DNA of 64,000 bases, taken from positions 5,424,201 to 5,488,200 of the forward strand of contig NC_092679.1 of assembly GCF_964355755.1 (NCBI RefSeq). Reading direction: 5' to 3'. Shown here in pieces: positions 37,201 through 49,751 of the stretch; the stretch's first letter is position 1; each line of letters begins with the position of its first letter. The DNA is from Antedon mediterranea. Its lineage: Eukaryota > Animalia > Echinodermata. A program made the position numbers and the translations under genes. The notes under the pieces are model-generated. The model did no database searches and was not told the origin of the DNA. It saw only the letters and a list, made by a program, of their open reading frames with translations.

Positions 37201-40200
37201 AACCAAATAGGTAAAGCAAATATTCTTAGAAACCATAATGCTAAATTAATTGGGTTTTTTTTTACAAAAGCCTAAGCAGCAACAATTAAGAGCATAACAA
37301 CATACTCAAAATTGTATATAAAACAGAAACAGAAATATGTAAATTATATGACATACAGTACAAAATAGACAAGAAATATTTCTTACAAAAAACGCTGCTC
37401 GCTTATTAAAAAATATTTTTTATTTCAAATGTTTTTGAATGTGTCATTTTATTGTCACATAATAGTTATTTTACCTGAAAAAAATGTAATTTAAAGCAAC
37501 AAATACTTAAATTGTCTGTCAGACAATGGTTCTTGGGTTTCTTTTCTCTTTTTATATGTGAATAAATATTATTTTTTTGTTACAGAGGTGAATACTCAAT
37601 TTCTGTCACTTTAGTTAATTTTATTCCTATGGTCAAGTCTGGGGGTCACTTCATCACCATAGATATTTCAAGTGTTACAAACACAAACTTTAATGGACTG
37701 TTTCGATAATAATTCAATGAATATCTGACAGTGAATATACCAGAAATGCTTTGGGATTTGTAATTTAGCATGAAATGTCCTAATAGACTCCTTTCCCAGA
37801 CGTTTTTTTGGGTCTACTGTAGCAGCTGGAATCAATAAATTATAGTGGAGTTTCCATTTTCGCAAAACTGTCCTTAGAACTATAACTGCTGCTTGCTTTA
37901 GCTTCTGATTTAGCTTCCCAAGTACCTGGGCGTGTGGCGCAGTGTGTTGGACGTTGGACTACCGATCGTCAGACCTAGGTTCGAATCCAACTCTCGCCGC
38001 ATTGCTTGTATCCGTAGGCAAGATACTTTACTTACGTTGCCTCTCTCCACCCAGGTGTATAAATGGGTACCCAGTTAGATCTAGACACAACTTTGCGCTG
38101 GTTACCGGCTGCATTATGGGAGTATGTTTCCATACGTGTTTGATCCCAAAAAATACTGGGGTAATAATCCTTGTAAAGCGCCTTTGAGCATGATTACTCA
38201 TGAAAAGGGCGCTATATAAATGTGGTATTATTATTATTATGATTGAGTAGTCCTAATGGGACGTAGCGGGCTAGAGCAGCAGCGTGAAAAAAACCATAAC
38301 AATACATGTGAATAACTTTCCCAATACCGGGCACTTGGTCTGGGTTAATATGTCTGGTTTTCTGCAAAGTCTTGTATTCGGAATTTGTTTTAATGGTCCT
38401 CAAGAAAAGTCTGGTTTTGGAGGAGTTTCTAGTTTTCAGAGAGTCCGGTTGGAGAGTTGACTATAAAATGGTTTTTTTTTTCAGTACTGTGTCATCAGGT
38501 CTTAATGCAATGATTGCTGTAACGCTAGAAGATGTCATCAAACCATTCAGACGGAAGTTCATTCCCAACCTTGATGTTACCGATGCAACGGATACAAGAA
38601 TTTCAAAAATTTTAAGTAAGTAGAAGTTGTATTTTAGCAGACGTTCGAACCTTCAAGTTAACAAGTTTGGGATGTTTACAAATTTGATACATTTTAATGT
38701 ATTTCAAACCGAGATTTTGATGATATTCAGGAGAATTGATGAAAACTTGCAAGGCTCCCGGAGAAAACAGGAGGGTTGGAACGTCTGATTTAAGTTAATG
38801 CTAAATGGGACTCCACATTATCTAGAACATCATTCAATTATCGGTATTATTCTTTCAAACTTTTGTTTTTTATTTTCATTTGCAGCTATTTGTTTTGGTG
38901 CTATTACAGTAGGCCTTGGTTTCTTAGCAACCAAGATGGGGTCATTAGTCACCATGGCCAACTCAATATTTGGTGCTGCAGGAGGCCCTCTATTGGCAGC
39001 ATTCACATTAGGAATGTTCTGGAAACGGGCCAATTCAAGGTGAATTTATACAGTATATAGATTTTTATACATATTTTAGCATTTACTTGTAATAAATCAG
39101 AGAATTTTAGGTGCTTATCTGTAATTAGTTTAATTCCTGTAAAATTTCAAGATTTTTTATCAATAATATTCCTCGGAAATGTGATAAAACAAATTAATGT
39201 GATAATAAATAAATTAATAAAAATGTTGAGTTACTTTATAATTTATAATTGGATATTGTTTTACAGGGGTACGTTAATTGGAGTACTGATTAGTTTTTGT
39301 TTTGGTATATTTGTAAGCGTCGGTGCTGCTGTGAATAGTGGCAATCCAGACATGCTCTCAATTTTCAAGGTTAGAAATAGTGTTTTTATTAAATATTTGT
39401 CAAATAGCCCAATAGGAAAGAGAAGACGATATGGGCCAATGGCCCAACACAGAATTGCGAGCCATCTTTCTTTGAGACACCTATTAAGAGGACACTTTCC
39501 AGTGAAACAAACAAGTGGCAATATATACTATGATCTACCCCTATGTAATGATGTGACACTTTATTGGCTCCCTTCCTTCTACTGTAATATATGGCTATTT
39601 TTACTGAGAAGTAAAATAATGTAACATAAGTATTATTTACTTTATCATTCTCTGAAAACCAGAAACTCTCCCAAAACTTTTCCTAAGGTCCATAAATCTT
39701 TTCTTACCATTAAAAACACATTCCGAATACCAGACTTTCCAGAAAACCAGACATATTAGGCCATCTTAAAAGTGTCCGGTATTGGCAGAGTTGACTATAT
39801 AAGTAATATTTTCTCCGTCGTTCCCTGCTTGTTGTAAAATGAGGGAAATGTAAAGAAAACAGAATTAATTTTATGGAAACTACCAACTTTAGTAAGTATT
39901 AAGTATTGGAGTGTGTCAAATGGCCAAGCAGTTAAGGCAGGGGCGCCGTTTACCGTACCTAAAGAGCCAACAACATCGGCAAGGGTTCGAGGCCGACTCG
40001 CTCCTTGTTCTGGTGGTAGAACAAGTCTTCTTTGATAAGGACTATAAACCGTAGGTCCAGTGTACACAGTTATAACCTGTGTGCACTTTAAAGAATCCAG
40101 TTCATTATTCGAGAAGAGTAGGGGTTACCCAGGTGAACTGGTTTACAAAATAGCCCCTGTATCAGGATAGGACACTGATTCATTTACTATTGGTAATCCT

Positions 40201-40929
40201 TGGCCACATTGCCTAAAGACATAACAATTTTTTTTTTTAAACCGTAATATTTTTGTTAATATAATAATGTGATTTTTGTCCTTTCAGTTGTCTTTCATGT
40301 GGTATGCTACCTTCACATGGTTGATAGCGGTGGTAATAGCAATAATAGCAAGTGAAATTATCCGCAAGATTGACTCAACAGAACAAGCCAAAGTTGTTGA
40401 TCATTCACTGCTTGTGCCATTTTTAAGGTAAGTTTGTAAAAGTATTTTGCTTACACAAATGAACAGTGCCCTCTTTCTATAGATATATCAACAATTGTCA
40501 AGCACTGTATATCGATATCACTGTGGAACGGCTAGATTGTTCCATTGTAGCATTCAATATTATTTGGTGGGCTTATGGTATATAGTAAGTATTACTGCAA
40601 TAGAAAATGGTACAAAATTGATTTAATCTGAACAAAAAAAGATAGTATCAAAAGGTCACCAAAATAAATAACAAGGAGTCATCCACCGAGTGCAGATAAC
40701 TAATTAATTAATTTTTAAAACAAGCACATTTTTTCATACTTCTATCAGAATATATTGTGTTTTTTTATGAATATAAATATTGAAAAACATTGAACGTTAT
40801 AATATTGTTTGATTTCAATAAAATGATAAATGTGTATACAATTTTAGACCAAAGCGGAAAAAGACAACTGAACAAAATGGAGTACGAATGGAATTCGAAA
40901 AACTTGATCAAAATCCAAAGGAAATTTGA
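31281..40929 (+). CDS. Sodium:solute symporter (SLC5), sodium-coupled monocarboxylate transporter SLC5A8/SMCT-like, 14 coding exons, ~554 aa
   Basis: Exons: 31281-31405, 32331-32550, 32922-33039, 33150-33217, 33804-33958, 34728-34868, 35537-35622, 36316-36368, 36976-37064, 38485-38615, 38886-39039, 39267-39369, 40288-40427, 40848-40929 (1665 nt, in frame). SSS motifs SFISPVTLLGTPAEIY, YLYHRFG, GGMKAVIWTDV, SQTAVQRFL, SGTLSTVSSGLNA, GGPLLAAFTLGMF. The exact orthologue (SLC5A5/6/8/12 clade) cannot be resolved by eye. Confidence 0.9.
31478..31735 (+). repeat. Interspersed repeat of unknown class (copies at ~37400-37600 on minus, ~43600-43770 on plus)
   Basis: Shared GAATAGGC...GCAGTTTTAA, AACCATTGTYTGA, GCTTTAAATTACATTTTTTTCAGG and ATAACTATTATGTGACA blocks. 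Confidence 0.55.
33468..33775. mobile_element. PIF/Harbinger-like MITE, TSD TAA
   Basis: TAA-AGCGTGGTTTCCACTAG...CTAGTGGGAACCACGCT-TAA. Confidence 0.75.
34001..34298. mobile_element. Palindromic MITE (~50-bp TIRs)
   Basis: CAACGTATTAGGGATGTACATATGATTTCAGAACAATCGC is mirrored at 34259-34298. Confidence 0.7.
34453..34640 (+). mobile_element. tRNA-derived SINE (family with second copy at 44297-44517)
   Basis: A-box-like TGGCTTGGTGG head. The body matches the reverse complement of 44300-44515. Confidence 0.65.
35172..35401 (+). mobile_element. 5'-truncated SINE (same family as 49112)
   Basis: TAATGGCGCCGTAGTTGGCTGCCGATGACACGATGTGA is identical to the 49112 copy. Confidence 0.7.
37928..38240 (+). 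mobile_element. tRNA-derived SINE with Deu/Nin-like core and L2-like tail
   Basis: A box TGGCGCAGTG, B box GGTTCGAATCC, core CTCTCTCCACCCAGGTGTATAAATGGGTAC, tail GTAAAGCGCCTTTGAG..GCGCTATATAAAT(TTA)n. Confidence 0.8.
38310..38464. mobile_element. Tc1/pogo-like MITE fragment; related, oppositely oriented copy at 39650-39798
   Basis: Both end in GAGTTGACTATA and share reverse-complementary internal sequence. Confidence 0.55.
39908..40135 (+). mobile_element. tRNA-derived SINE (same family as 49112)
   Basis: AACATCGGCAAGGGTTCGAGG and GGACTATAAACCGTAGGTCCAGTGTAC are shared with the 49112 copy. Confidence 0.7.
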
Positions 40930-41247
40930 TAAAACAAAGAAAGGGAGTAAGTTTGATAAATTAGACAGTACAATAAGCAATGCCAATGCAAATTTAGAAA
41001 CGCTTTTTAGTATTGTTGATAATTCTAAACTGTGTATTGCAAAGGACAGGGGGTATGATCAGAAGCTTTAATGGCATTTTACTAAAAGTACTTTAAAATA
41101 TACCTTGTGTAATATAAAACTCTGTGTAACCGAAAACATATTACAGCATGTGTAGTAGATGGTACAGCCATAGACCTCTAATTATAGGTCCATGGTGCAG
41201 CAGTGGATTTGTAAACTTCTAATGAAGCGGTTTTACTTTCTTTTGTA

Positions 41248-41465
41248 AGGGCGTGTGACACAGAGTGTACTGATCATGAGTTTAAATCCAACTCTCCTCA
41301 CATTGCTTGTATCCTTAGGCAAGACACTTTACTTACGTTTGCCTCTCTCCAACCCGGTTTAAAATTATAAATGGTTACCCGGTTAGATCAAGACGCAACT
41401 TTGCGGTGATCACTAGCTGCATTATGAGAATATGTTTCCATAATAAAAAAATGACCAGGGTAATA
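41248..41465 (+). mobile_element. Degenerate second copy of the Deu-like SINE
   Basis: Aligns to 37928-38165. Confidence 0.65.
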
Positions 41466-44296
41466 AGCTTTTAGCTTGTGCAATAAAAAATGGAAAAAAA
41501 AAAAATTAAAGAAAGTACATATCATGTACAGTATACCAATCAATGACACCAAAGTGTTGTAAACCCGTAAAGTATGGTACCATAATTTGTGTTGCTTTAT
41601 TTAAAGTAAAATGAGCCTAGTAGTACTGTGAAGACTAAATGGTAAATGTTTGCATTTTGTGATACACCTGTACACATTTCACAGGATGTTACTTGAAATG
41701 GGTTAATGTCCTAGGACGTTTGTCATTTTTATTTATTTTATTTATTTAAATTTTTTTTTTTTGTAACTTGGTAACATATTTAATGAAATATGATATGAAA
41801 TATCTATAACACAATATAGATTTGACAAAATATAGCACACATTGTTCTTTATTCTTCTTTATCCTTTGTACACAGTTTAAACATCAGTAAACCATACACA
41901 ATATGAGTATAATAATTGTGGTAAATGTGTGCTGAATATTACGAGGCGTTTATTTGAGGAAACAAGTAAACGACTGGGGGAGGGGAGGGGAGGAGCGTAC
42001 TGTATATTTAATTGAAATATACGCCATATGTACTATAGTAAGGGAGTCGTTTATTTTCGAATATGGCGGCTATTCAAAGCAGGGAGTTTATTAGAAAACG
42101 GTATTATTAAATGTCCTGCTTATTGCAACCAAATTCATAAAATACAAACGATAATAATCGGTTATGGCAATAATTTTTAATTTGTAATAACGTTAGCATT
42201 TTCAGAATTTTGACCAACTCAGGGATAATTTAAAGATTGTAATAATACTGCCCTTTCCAACCATAAGGAGAATGACTTTTCATGCAAAATTCGCTTTTGT
42301 GTTATTTTATTTCCCTTACGCGAAGAATATTTTGTCCATTTTTTGTCCATTTCTCTATAGACGGAAATAGATACATATTACTACATACTGACTATATGAA
42401 AAACAAAATAGAGAGGCATATGATTTATAATATTTGTTACACATTTTGTGACAAAATGTCCTTAAATGACAATAATGGAAATATAATGTGTATCCGTACC
42501 GTTAAATTTTGATGGGGAGCTCTGAAAGTCAAAAAGAAGTACAATACATCAACAACAAGATCATGACTACAAAATGTCTTAGAAAGATGGTTATTTCATA
42601 AAAAAAAGTATTTGTTTGAAGATTTGACCGTACTGTCAAAGTACATTGATCGAAACGTCGAGAAACTCAACAGTTCTTTTAAGGAACCATATATACACGT
42701 GGTGTAACACAAACTTTATATCAACAAAAAGATGATAGATAAGCTCAGTAATTGATTACTATCAAATCTAGTTAATTAAATTTATTTTTATGTAATTGTT
42801 TTTTCATTCATTTGTTTACAAAATCAATTTTTTTTTAATTCATATTTCAAGAAAATTTTTATTTGAAAGCTAAAAATGGTATCTTTGTTTTTTTTTATGT
42901 CCGTTTTACAAACAGCAAATAATATTAATAAGGATATATTTACTAAATTAATTGTGATTATTAATGTAAGTAGTAGCAGAGAGTTGTAAAATGATTATTT
43001 TTGGTAGTACAGTAGTATGTTTTAACATGTTTCCCATTAATAATTTATTCAGTACGTTTACACATATTTTCATATTTATTCATGTCATAGTGCTTCTATA
43101 CAAACACGTTAGAACAATATCTCGTGACCTCTACACACTATGTAGCCTAGAGTACAATACCTCATATGTCCATATTTTTGTGCTAAGCTGTTTATAGCCA
43201 ATAAGATTCTATATTAAATCTTACTTTAACTTTATTTTTTGTTTTGTTTGGAAGACCAAAAAAATTGTTTTTAAACAGTGTGTTTTGTTGTTGCTTCAAT
43301 AAGCGGTGTCAGTTCTCCTGGGTTGCTTACTACCTTAAGTATAATATTATAGTAACGCTGTGTTAATCCTAAGGATCAATGGGATCGATTAGTAATCTTT
43401 TTTTAATACCGTTACTATGGTTTTTGTAATGATGTTGGAAAATTTGTAAATGGAATCGTATTGTGGATTACATACAACCCATTGAGCCTTGTGGATACTT
43501 TATCATGGAATTATGATTAAATTATAATAGAAATTTATAGAAACTAAATATGTATTGTCCTCCAAAAACCTGGAAAATAAAGATAAATGAAATCAGACTT
43601 TGAATAGGCTATTTTGCAGTTTTAAGCAAGTTATTCAACTCTGTAGAAAAAATCAACAAAAATAATGATTTCACTTATAAAAAGAAACAGTTAATTTTAA
43701 CCAAAAACCATTGTTTGACAGAAAATTTAGGTGTTTTTTCCGGTATTAAAATGGCATATTCAACAACAATTAAATATATAAGAATTGTTTTTATTCAATT
43801 TCCTACACTCTTTTATGAAATTAAATGCAATACTAAAGTGTGTGGCTGGACCAGTAAAATATTTTGTGTGCCGTTTTTTAAATAAAAAGGAAGTTCGAAC
43901 TATACCTTATTTTCGATTTTGTGAAATCAGCAATCTAGAATTAGTGACCCTTAGTTTCCATTACGTGTCACGCGACTACGCAGCTATTGAGTCTAAATGA
44001 CATTCTGCGCACGCTCACCGTGTTTCTGAGTTGTCGACACTCGACTGCTCCGTAGACTAAGCCTAGTGACATTTCCGTAAAAACGGAGACATATCCTGGT
44101 ACATTAACGTAAATGTGTAACACTACTATATACATTGGTTTTGTTATTAATGTTATCAAGTAATAATAGTTTTACAACGATTGCATTTGATACTGAATCA
44201 AATAAATATAGCAAATATTATTGTTGTTGTTTGTTATTTTACTGTATTTCTGTTTGAACCCTACTTTTCTGCACTGTTGAAAGCTTTTTTTTAACC

Positions 44297-44517
44297 ATAT
44301 TTATTGAGGGTGAGCCATCCAGCAATTGCTGATCATTAGGGACCCTCAGAGGTTCACAAGACAAACATATACACAAGATGCTCTACATAAACAAAGTCTT
44401 ATTACAAATATTTGGGAGTGGAGTTGTAATTTTGTCCTTAGAAAATGTGACGGGACTTAAACCCAGGACCCTTGGAGTGGTAGCCAAGCATCATAACCAC
44501 CAAGCCACAACTCCAGC
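44297..44517 (-). mobile_element. tRNA-derived SINE
   Basis: Minus strand GGAGTTGTGGCTTGGTGGTTATGATGCTTGG...GGGTTTAAGTCCC (A and B boxes), ending in CTCAATAAAT. Confidence 0.7.
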
Positions 44518-45929
44518 TCGGGTAAATTATTTATTTTGACAAATGCCCTCCTAAACCTTCGTTTTGCACTTATGTTGAACGTCGATTCTTTCATTGTTCA
44601 ATTTTCTCTAAACTTATTAATGTTTGATTACGTCAGGAGCAATGGTGGTCAGAAATATTTTCGACAAACGCATAGGATACATAATAATTTAATTTATTAC
44701 TTAATGCTATGAGGTACGTGCGTGTTGATGCTCGTGACTAAAACTCATGAATTAAACCTAACCCTGATGTATTGATGAGTGGCGTGTACTTAAGGAAGAA
44801 ATATTGTAATTTTTAACGAAACAAAGGAAGAAAAGCAGGTTTGAACGAGCGTTCCTGATACTATGGGAAATCCGAAGATTTGAAAGATAAGATTTTTTAA
44901 AGTCATTGTTTATTAAATTGTCATTTCTTTGTACGTTAGCTTCGTAATTATACATAAAGCCCAATAATGCGGCCTCGACAAACCATTTTTATACCCAAGT
45001 AAATAGATTCACGTAGCGGAACCAGCGATAAGCGAAATATAAGCAGTTAATGGTCTCTAACGATAATAATTGACTTCTAAAAGACAGCTTAAATAATGGC
45101 ACTATGAATATTATTGAATAGGTTTTGCTGAAAGTTGCATTATTTGAGCTGGTACTGTTAAAAGTCGTGCGACAGATAGGCGAGAGTTAAATCATAAAAT
45201 AGTCCCTGCGATTAGCAACCCGTTTGATCTTACAGAGGAAATAGTTGATAGTTTTATTTTTTGCATTGAGCTATCTTTGAAGAGATGCAATAGATATGAG
45301 GTAAACGGGGAAACATGATAAGACCCAGATAAAAATTAATCTGTAACATTCATCCTAAATGTGGTAGAACTTTGTTAAAAAATTTTACACATTCCGAACC
45401 CTGGTTTTTTTTATTATCAAATCTACTATTCACGTCCATCATTCGGCGTCCACGCGATACTGACAGTTTTTCAAAGGCCTGTTCGATTCAATAAATATCG
45501 AGTGATAACTTAAATAACTAACAATATTTTTCTACCCGGAATCTTGTTTTTATAATAAAAATGAATTGTTCCACATAAATAAGTCGCCTGGATGGTGAAA
45601 CGCTTGTCAATTTGCGTTTACACTGCATCAGAAATCGATAATTCACTAACAGTTTGCATTTTTAACTTGTGTGTAATTGACGAAATTTTGTTTAATTTAT
45701 CGATGACTTTTATTTTTACAATTGCAGAGAAACTTCTCGCTCGAAATCAGATGTTGTTTATTCTAAATCGTGTTATATTTGTTTTAATCGTTCTTATGTT
45801 TTATTTGACAAACGTTTTCTGCGTTAGCATATGACCAAAGTAAATATCCGATATTCTCTATATCAGTGCTAGTGGGTAACACAATGTGTTCAACGGTGCG
45901 CGAACGGGTACAGAAACCAGCTTGATTGT

Positions 45930-46044
45930 TAATAATATATAAAAAGAGAGCGCACACGTTCAATTCTATCACAATAAAACATTTTGTAGAGACCACGCGA
46001 CGTGAAATCGTTCAAGATTTTCAAATTTGTTAAAGCATAAAACG
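45930..46044 (+). promoter_or_regulatory. Putative TATA promoter and 5'UTR exon of the Fox gene
   Basis: TATATAAAAA at ~45936, GTAAGA donor at ~46045, acceptor at 46653. Confidence 0.4.
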
Positions 46045-46686
46045 GTAAGAATTCTTCGTATATACTTTGTTTCTTTAAATTATTTCATTTATTAATTTTG
46101 TATTATAATTATATTTTAAAATTTAAATCAAACTGAGAAATGGTTAGTGTCCAGAAGCTCTGAAATGTTTTCTGGCTGTTTTACATTTTGATTCTTTATG
46201 CTTATTTTATATGTACCCACAGCATTGTAATTTTTTCATTTCACTTTTAATTTAGGCCTATATATTTAATTTTAGATATACTATACTATACGGTACTATA
46301 TGCTTTATTTTATTTCATTATTTTTACTATACCGTATTTATTCGAATAAAATAATAAGATTTGAATAACCGCCTCTCAAATAAACGCCACCCATAGAACA
46401 TCATTATATTTATTAGCTTCTTTTATTCGGTCTTCATGCGTTTGAAAGTAAATCCTACTATTATTAGACCAAAGTTATAAAGTCTCAACAGAATTCAAAT
46501 ATGGTATTTACGTGGACTTTAACTTTGAATAGCACAGTAGGCCTACTATATTGTATTTGTATGTGTAGCTTTTTATGAAAATTTTGAAGTTTGGAATATT
46601 TAACCATATTATGATATATTGATATTTACGTTTTATCAAATTAAACATTACAGGTTCTTTATTTGAGCTGTCGTAGACACCACATT

Positions 46687-48590
46687 ATGACTAGTACATC
46701 TTTCCAACCCTTGGATTTGTCGAATACTAAAAGCAAAAATCAAAGTACCGGTTCTCTGGGCGATCCATTGACGACTCATCACAACCACGCTATCTTCAGC
46801 AAGTTTGAACACAAACCAAAATTTGGCATACAAAAAGACAAAGATTGTAGTTTGGCATGGTCAAGTACTTTTGGAACGGCAATACCGACAACGTCCATTC
46901 CACGTGATCTGTTGCCACATTATCACCGTGGCGGCTTTATTTATGTACCCCCGCCGCCAATAAAAGCAGACGAAAAACCAGAAGATAGTAAAACTGCCGT
47001 ACCGCCTTCAAAACTATATCCGCATTACGGAATACCGGCAAGTGACGTAATACCGGGTGTTGACACGGTACCTGTTCCCAGGTGCTTCTGCTGTTCAGAT
47101 GTGCATGAGTCTCCTGTAGTTGACGCCAAGAAACGGCGAATGCCGAAGTGTTTTTCTGCGTTTGCCTTTCGTAACTATGGTATCGATACCCTTACGCCAC
47201 CCCGTCGAGTTCCAGGCGAAACTGCTACCGGTATATTAGGGACAGCATCTAAGTATCCATTTGCTAGCGTTGAACCATTTTATGACCATCTTCGAACTGA
47301 GCACAGACATCGAGAAGCAATGTATCGTCCAGCAAAAGACGTATGTGAATTATGGAAATATGAAGGAGAACGAGTCGGATTCTTACCTTCAGATACCAGT
47401 ACACTTAAGTATACTAAAGGCGCAGACGATAACAGACAGTCGCCAAAAAGAATTACGTCATTTGTTGAATCAGACGATGAAGAAATGAAAATAAAACGCG
47501 AACGTATTTATGAAAGAGATAATGAACTTAAGTTGAACTTACCTTTAAAAAAGGAAGAGCCAAAATCATCAAGCATACTACTAGATTCATCAAATGATGA
47601 GGACCCTGAGGAAACGGACATCAAGACGTCTAACGAGGCACCTGAGGAGAAAAACCTATCTGAACATGGCGACAACTCTGTAGGATTGCAGCCTAACCGA
47701 CCAGTGCGACAGAAGTCCAAAGATTCTATCGGCCCAGGCTATATTGAAATGATTGCTAAGGCTATACTTAACTCCAAGTCTAAGCGATGCATGCTGACCG
47801 ATATCTATAAGTATATATCGACTACATATTCACGATACAGGTAAGTTTTGTTTTATTTAGGTAACGTAACGTTGCTTTTAAAAAGATAATTGTTTATTGG
47901 TAAAAGTGAAAAACATATCTTAAAAATATATAGTAACTTTATCAAACTGATGTTTGTAAACTAAAGTTTGCTGTTGTAGCCAGGCTTTAGATGCATGCAA
48001 TATTATGGAAAAAAGGTATAATTTTAATTGTTTAAAAACACTAACGTTGTTTATTTATAAACAAAATAATGATTGATGACTTGAATAATTAAAACACGGT
48101 GTAGGTATTAACATTAATTTTTGTTTATAGGGACGACACAGTATGTTGGCGAAACATTGTCCGTCATCACCTCTCACATTACGAATGCTTCGTCAAAGCT
48201 GAGCATAATGGGCATGCGCATTACTGGACCATTAATCCAGATGTGGAACAGGATTTCATCAACGGAAAATTCCATCGCAAAAGACGTCCAAATCGTAGAA
48301 AGCGAACAATTTCGAGCACTAAGATAATCTCTAACAAATCACCGTCATCTCTAGGTTCGGTTGCGTCGTCTCTCGGATCAGTACCGTCTCCACTTGGATC
48401 GATGACGTCGCCTATCGCAAACTGGTTTCCGAGTACGTTTTATCCGTACTATCATGACGACCTGACAAAACCGTATGTCTTCGTCCATAGGCAGCCTTGG
48501 TTGAATGAGGACCGGCTACGAAATTGCTACCCGTATTTATTTGATGCAAACACGGGAAAATATTCTGTCGATAAGTCATATCATCGCTGA
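46687..48590 (+). CDS. Forkhead-box transcription factor, divergent FoxQ2-like, ~537 aa
   Basis: Exons 46687-47840 and 48131-48590 (GT-AG intron, phase 2). The joined domain GYIEMIAKAILNSKSKRCMLTDIYKYI...CWRNIVRHHLSHYECFVK...HYWTINPDVEQDFINGKFHRKRR matches the winged-helix pattern, and the DFxxGxFxR tail resembles FoxQ2. N-terminal PLDLS. Acceptor at 46653; AATAAA near 48664 and 48793. Confidence 0.85.
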
Positions 48591-49111
48591 TAATACCAGG
48601 CAACTCTAAAATACACAACTGCGGTATTTTCATCAAGGCACGGTGCTCTTAAAATGTATTCATAATAAAGACGTTGTCGTGATGAATTTACTGCTTTCAA
48701 TGACAAATACATATGGTACATAGACGAATGATTGAAGTTTATTTTTCAATAATTGTAAAACATTCAAATCTTGGACATACATTTGAAAATATAAATAATA
48801 CATTATAAACAATTGCATTATTAGTGTTAATATAAACATAGTATTTCAGTATAAATAAATTTAATTACAATAGTATTATAATTATTGTCGGGAGGTTTGC
48901 ATAGTAAACATTTGACAAATACTCAAAAAATTTCATCTGGTTTCAAATAGATATTTAAAATGTTAACTTTTTTGTTAAACCAGTTGTCAAGTACTTACTT
49001 GCTAAGTTTCGGCTATTTTCAGTAGCCTAAATTGACAAATAAATTATATAGTAACTAATAGTGGGCTTATTAGATGTTACCAATGTCTATCCAGATTTAA
49101 ATTAAAGTGAG

Positions 49112-49436
49112 TGAGTGTGGCCGAGCGGTTAAGACAGTGGAACCGTAATCCATAGCCATAACATCGGCAAGGGTTCGAGGCTCACTCGCTCCATGGTTCT
49201 GGTTGTAGAACAAGTCTATAAACTGTAGGTCCAGTGTACATCTGGCTCATGTTCAGTTTAAAGAACTTAGTACATCTTTCGAGACGAGTAGGGGGTTAAC
49301 CCTGTGTACTAGTTCATACATACACACTCTCGTGGACAGACGTAATGGCGCCGTAGTTGGCTGCCGATGACACGATGTGACCCTTAGGGGAGAAGAATGT
49401 TGTTGAAAAGATGTAACATCTAAGTCCACAGCGCCT
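49112..49436 (+). mobile_element. tRNA-derived SINE (MetaSINE-like core)
   Basis: A box TGGCCGAGCGG, B box GGTTCGAGGC, core TATAAACTGTAGGTCC...TTTAAAGAAC. Other copies at 35172-35400 and 39908-40135. Confidence 0.75.
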
Positions 49437-49751
49437 TTGATCACTAATTGTTGCTGGAATTGGCGCTTTACAATTCGTATATATATTAAACCATTTTTAT
49501 TTTTTATAGATTTTAGAGAAAGAATAAAATTTACCATAAGTATATATTGATTGTTAGAAATTATATTTTTATTTATTTTTTTGTGTGAAAGAAATAAGTT
49601 TTTTTCGAATTGTTAAATCTAGATTAAATAGAATAGTAAAGGAAAAACGTGATAAACATTAAAAACACACGTTTCTATGAAAATGAATACCCTTACTTCA
49701 GAAATTACTGATCACTTTTCTCGTTAAAGATCATAGAAATAGCAAATTCTG

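Noticed and set aside
4468-40929. CMAH plus SLC5 as a sialic-acid gene cluster (bacterial SiaT is an SSS protein)
   Set aside because: The transporter looks like the animal SMCT/NIS clade, and adjacency alone in an animal genome is not evidence of shared function.
40790-41071. 93-aa ORF as a separate gene or the SLC5 C-terminus
   Set aside because: The splice phase from exon 13 selects another frame ending at TGA 40929; the rest is 3'UTR.
41500-45900. Short ORFs in the SLC5-Fox intergenic region
   Set aside because: AT-rich random-looking ORFs with no motifs or consistent splice signals. The region probably holds Fox regulatory DNA that I cannot delimit.
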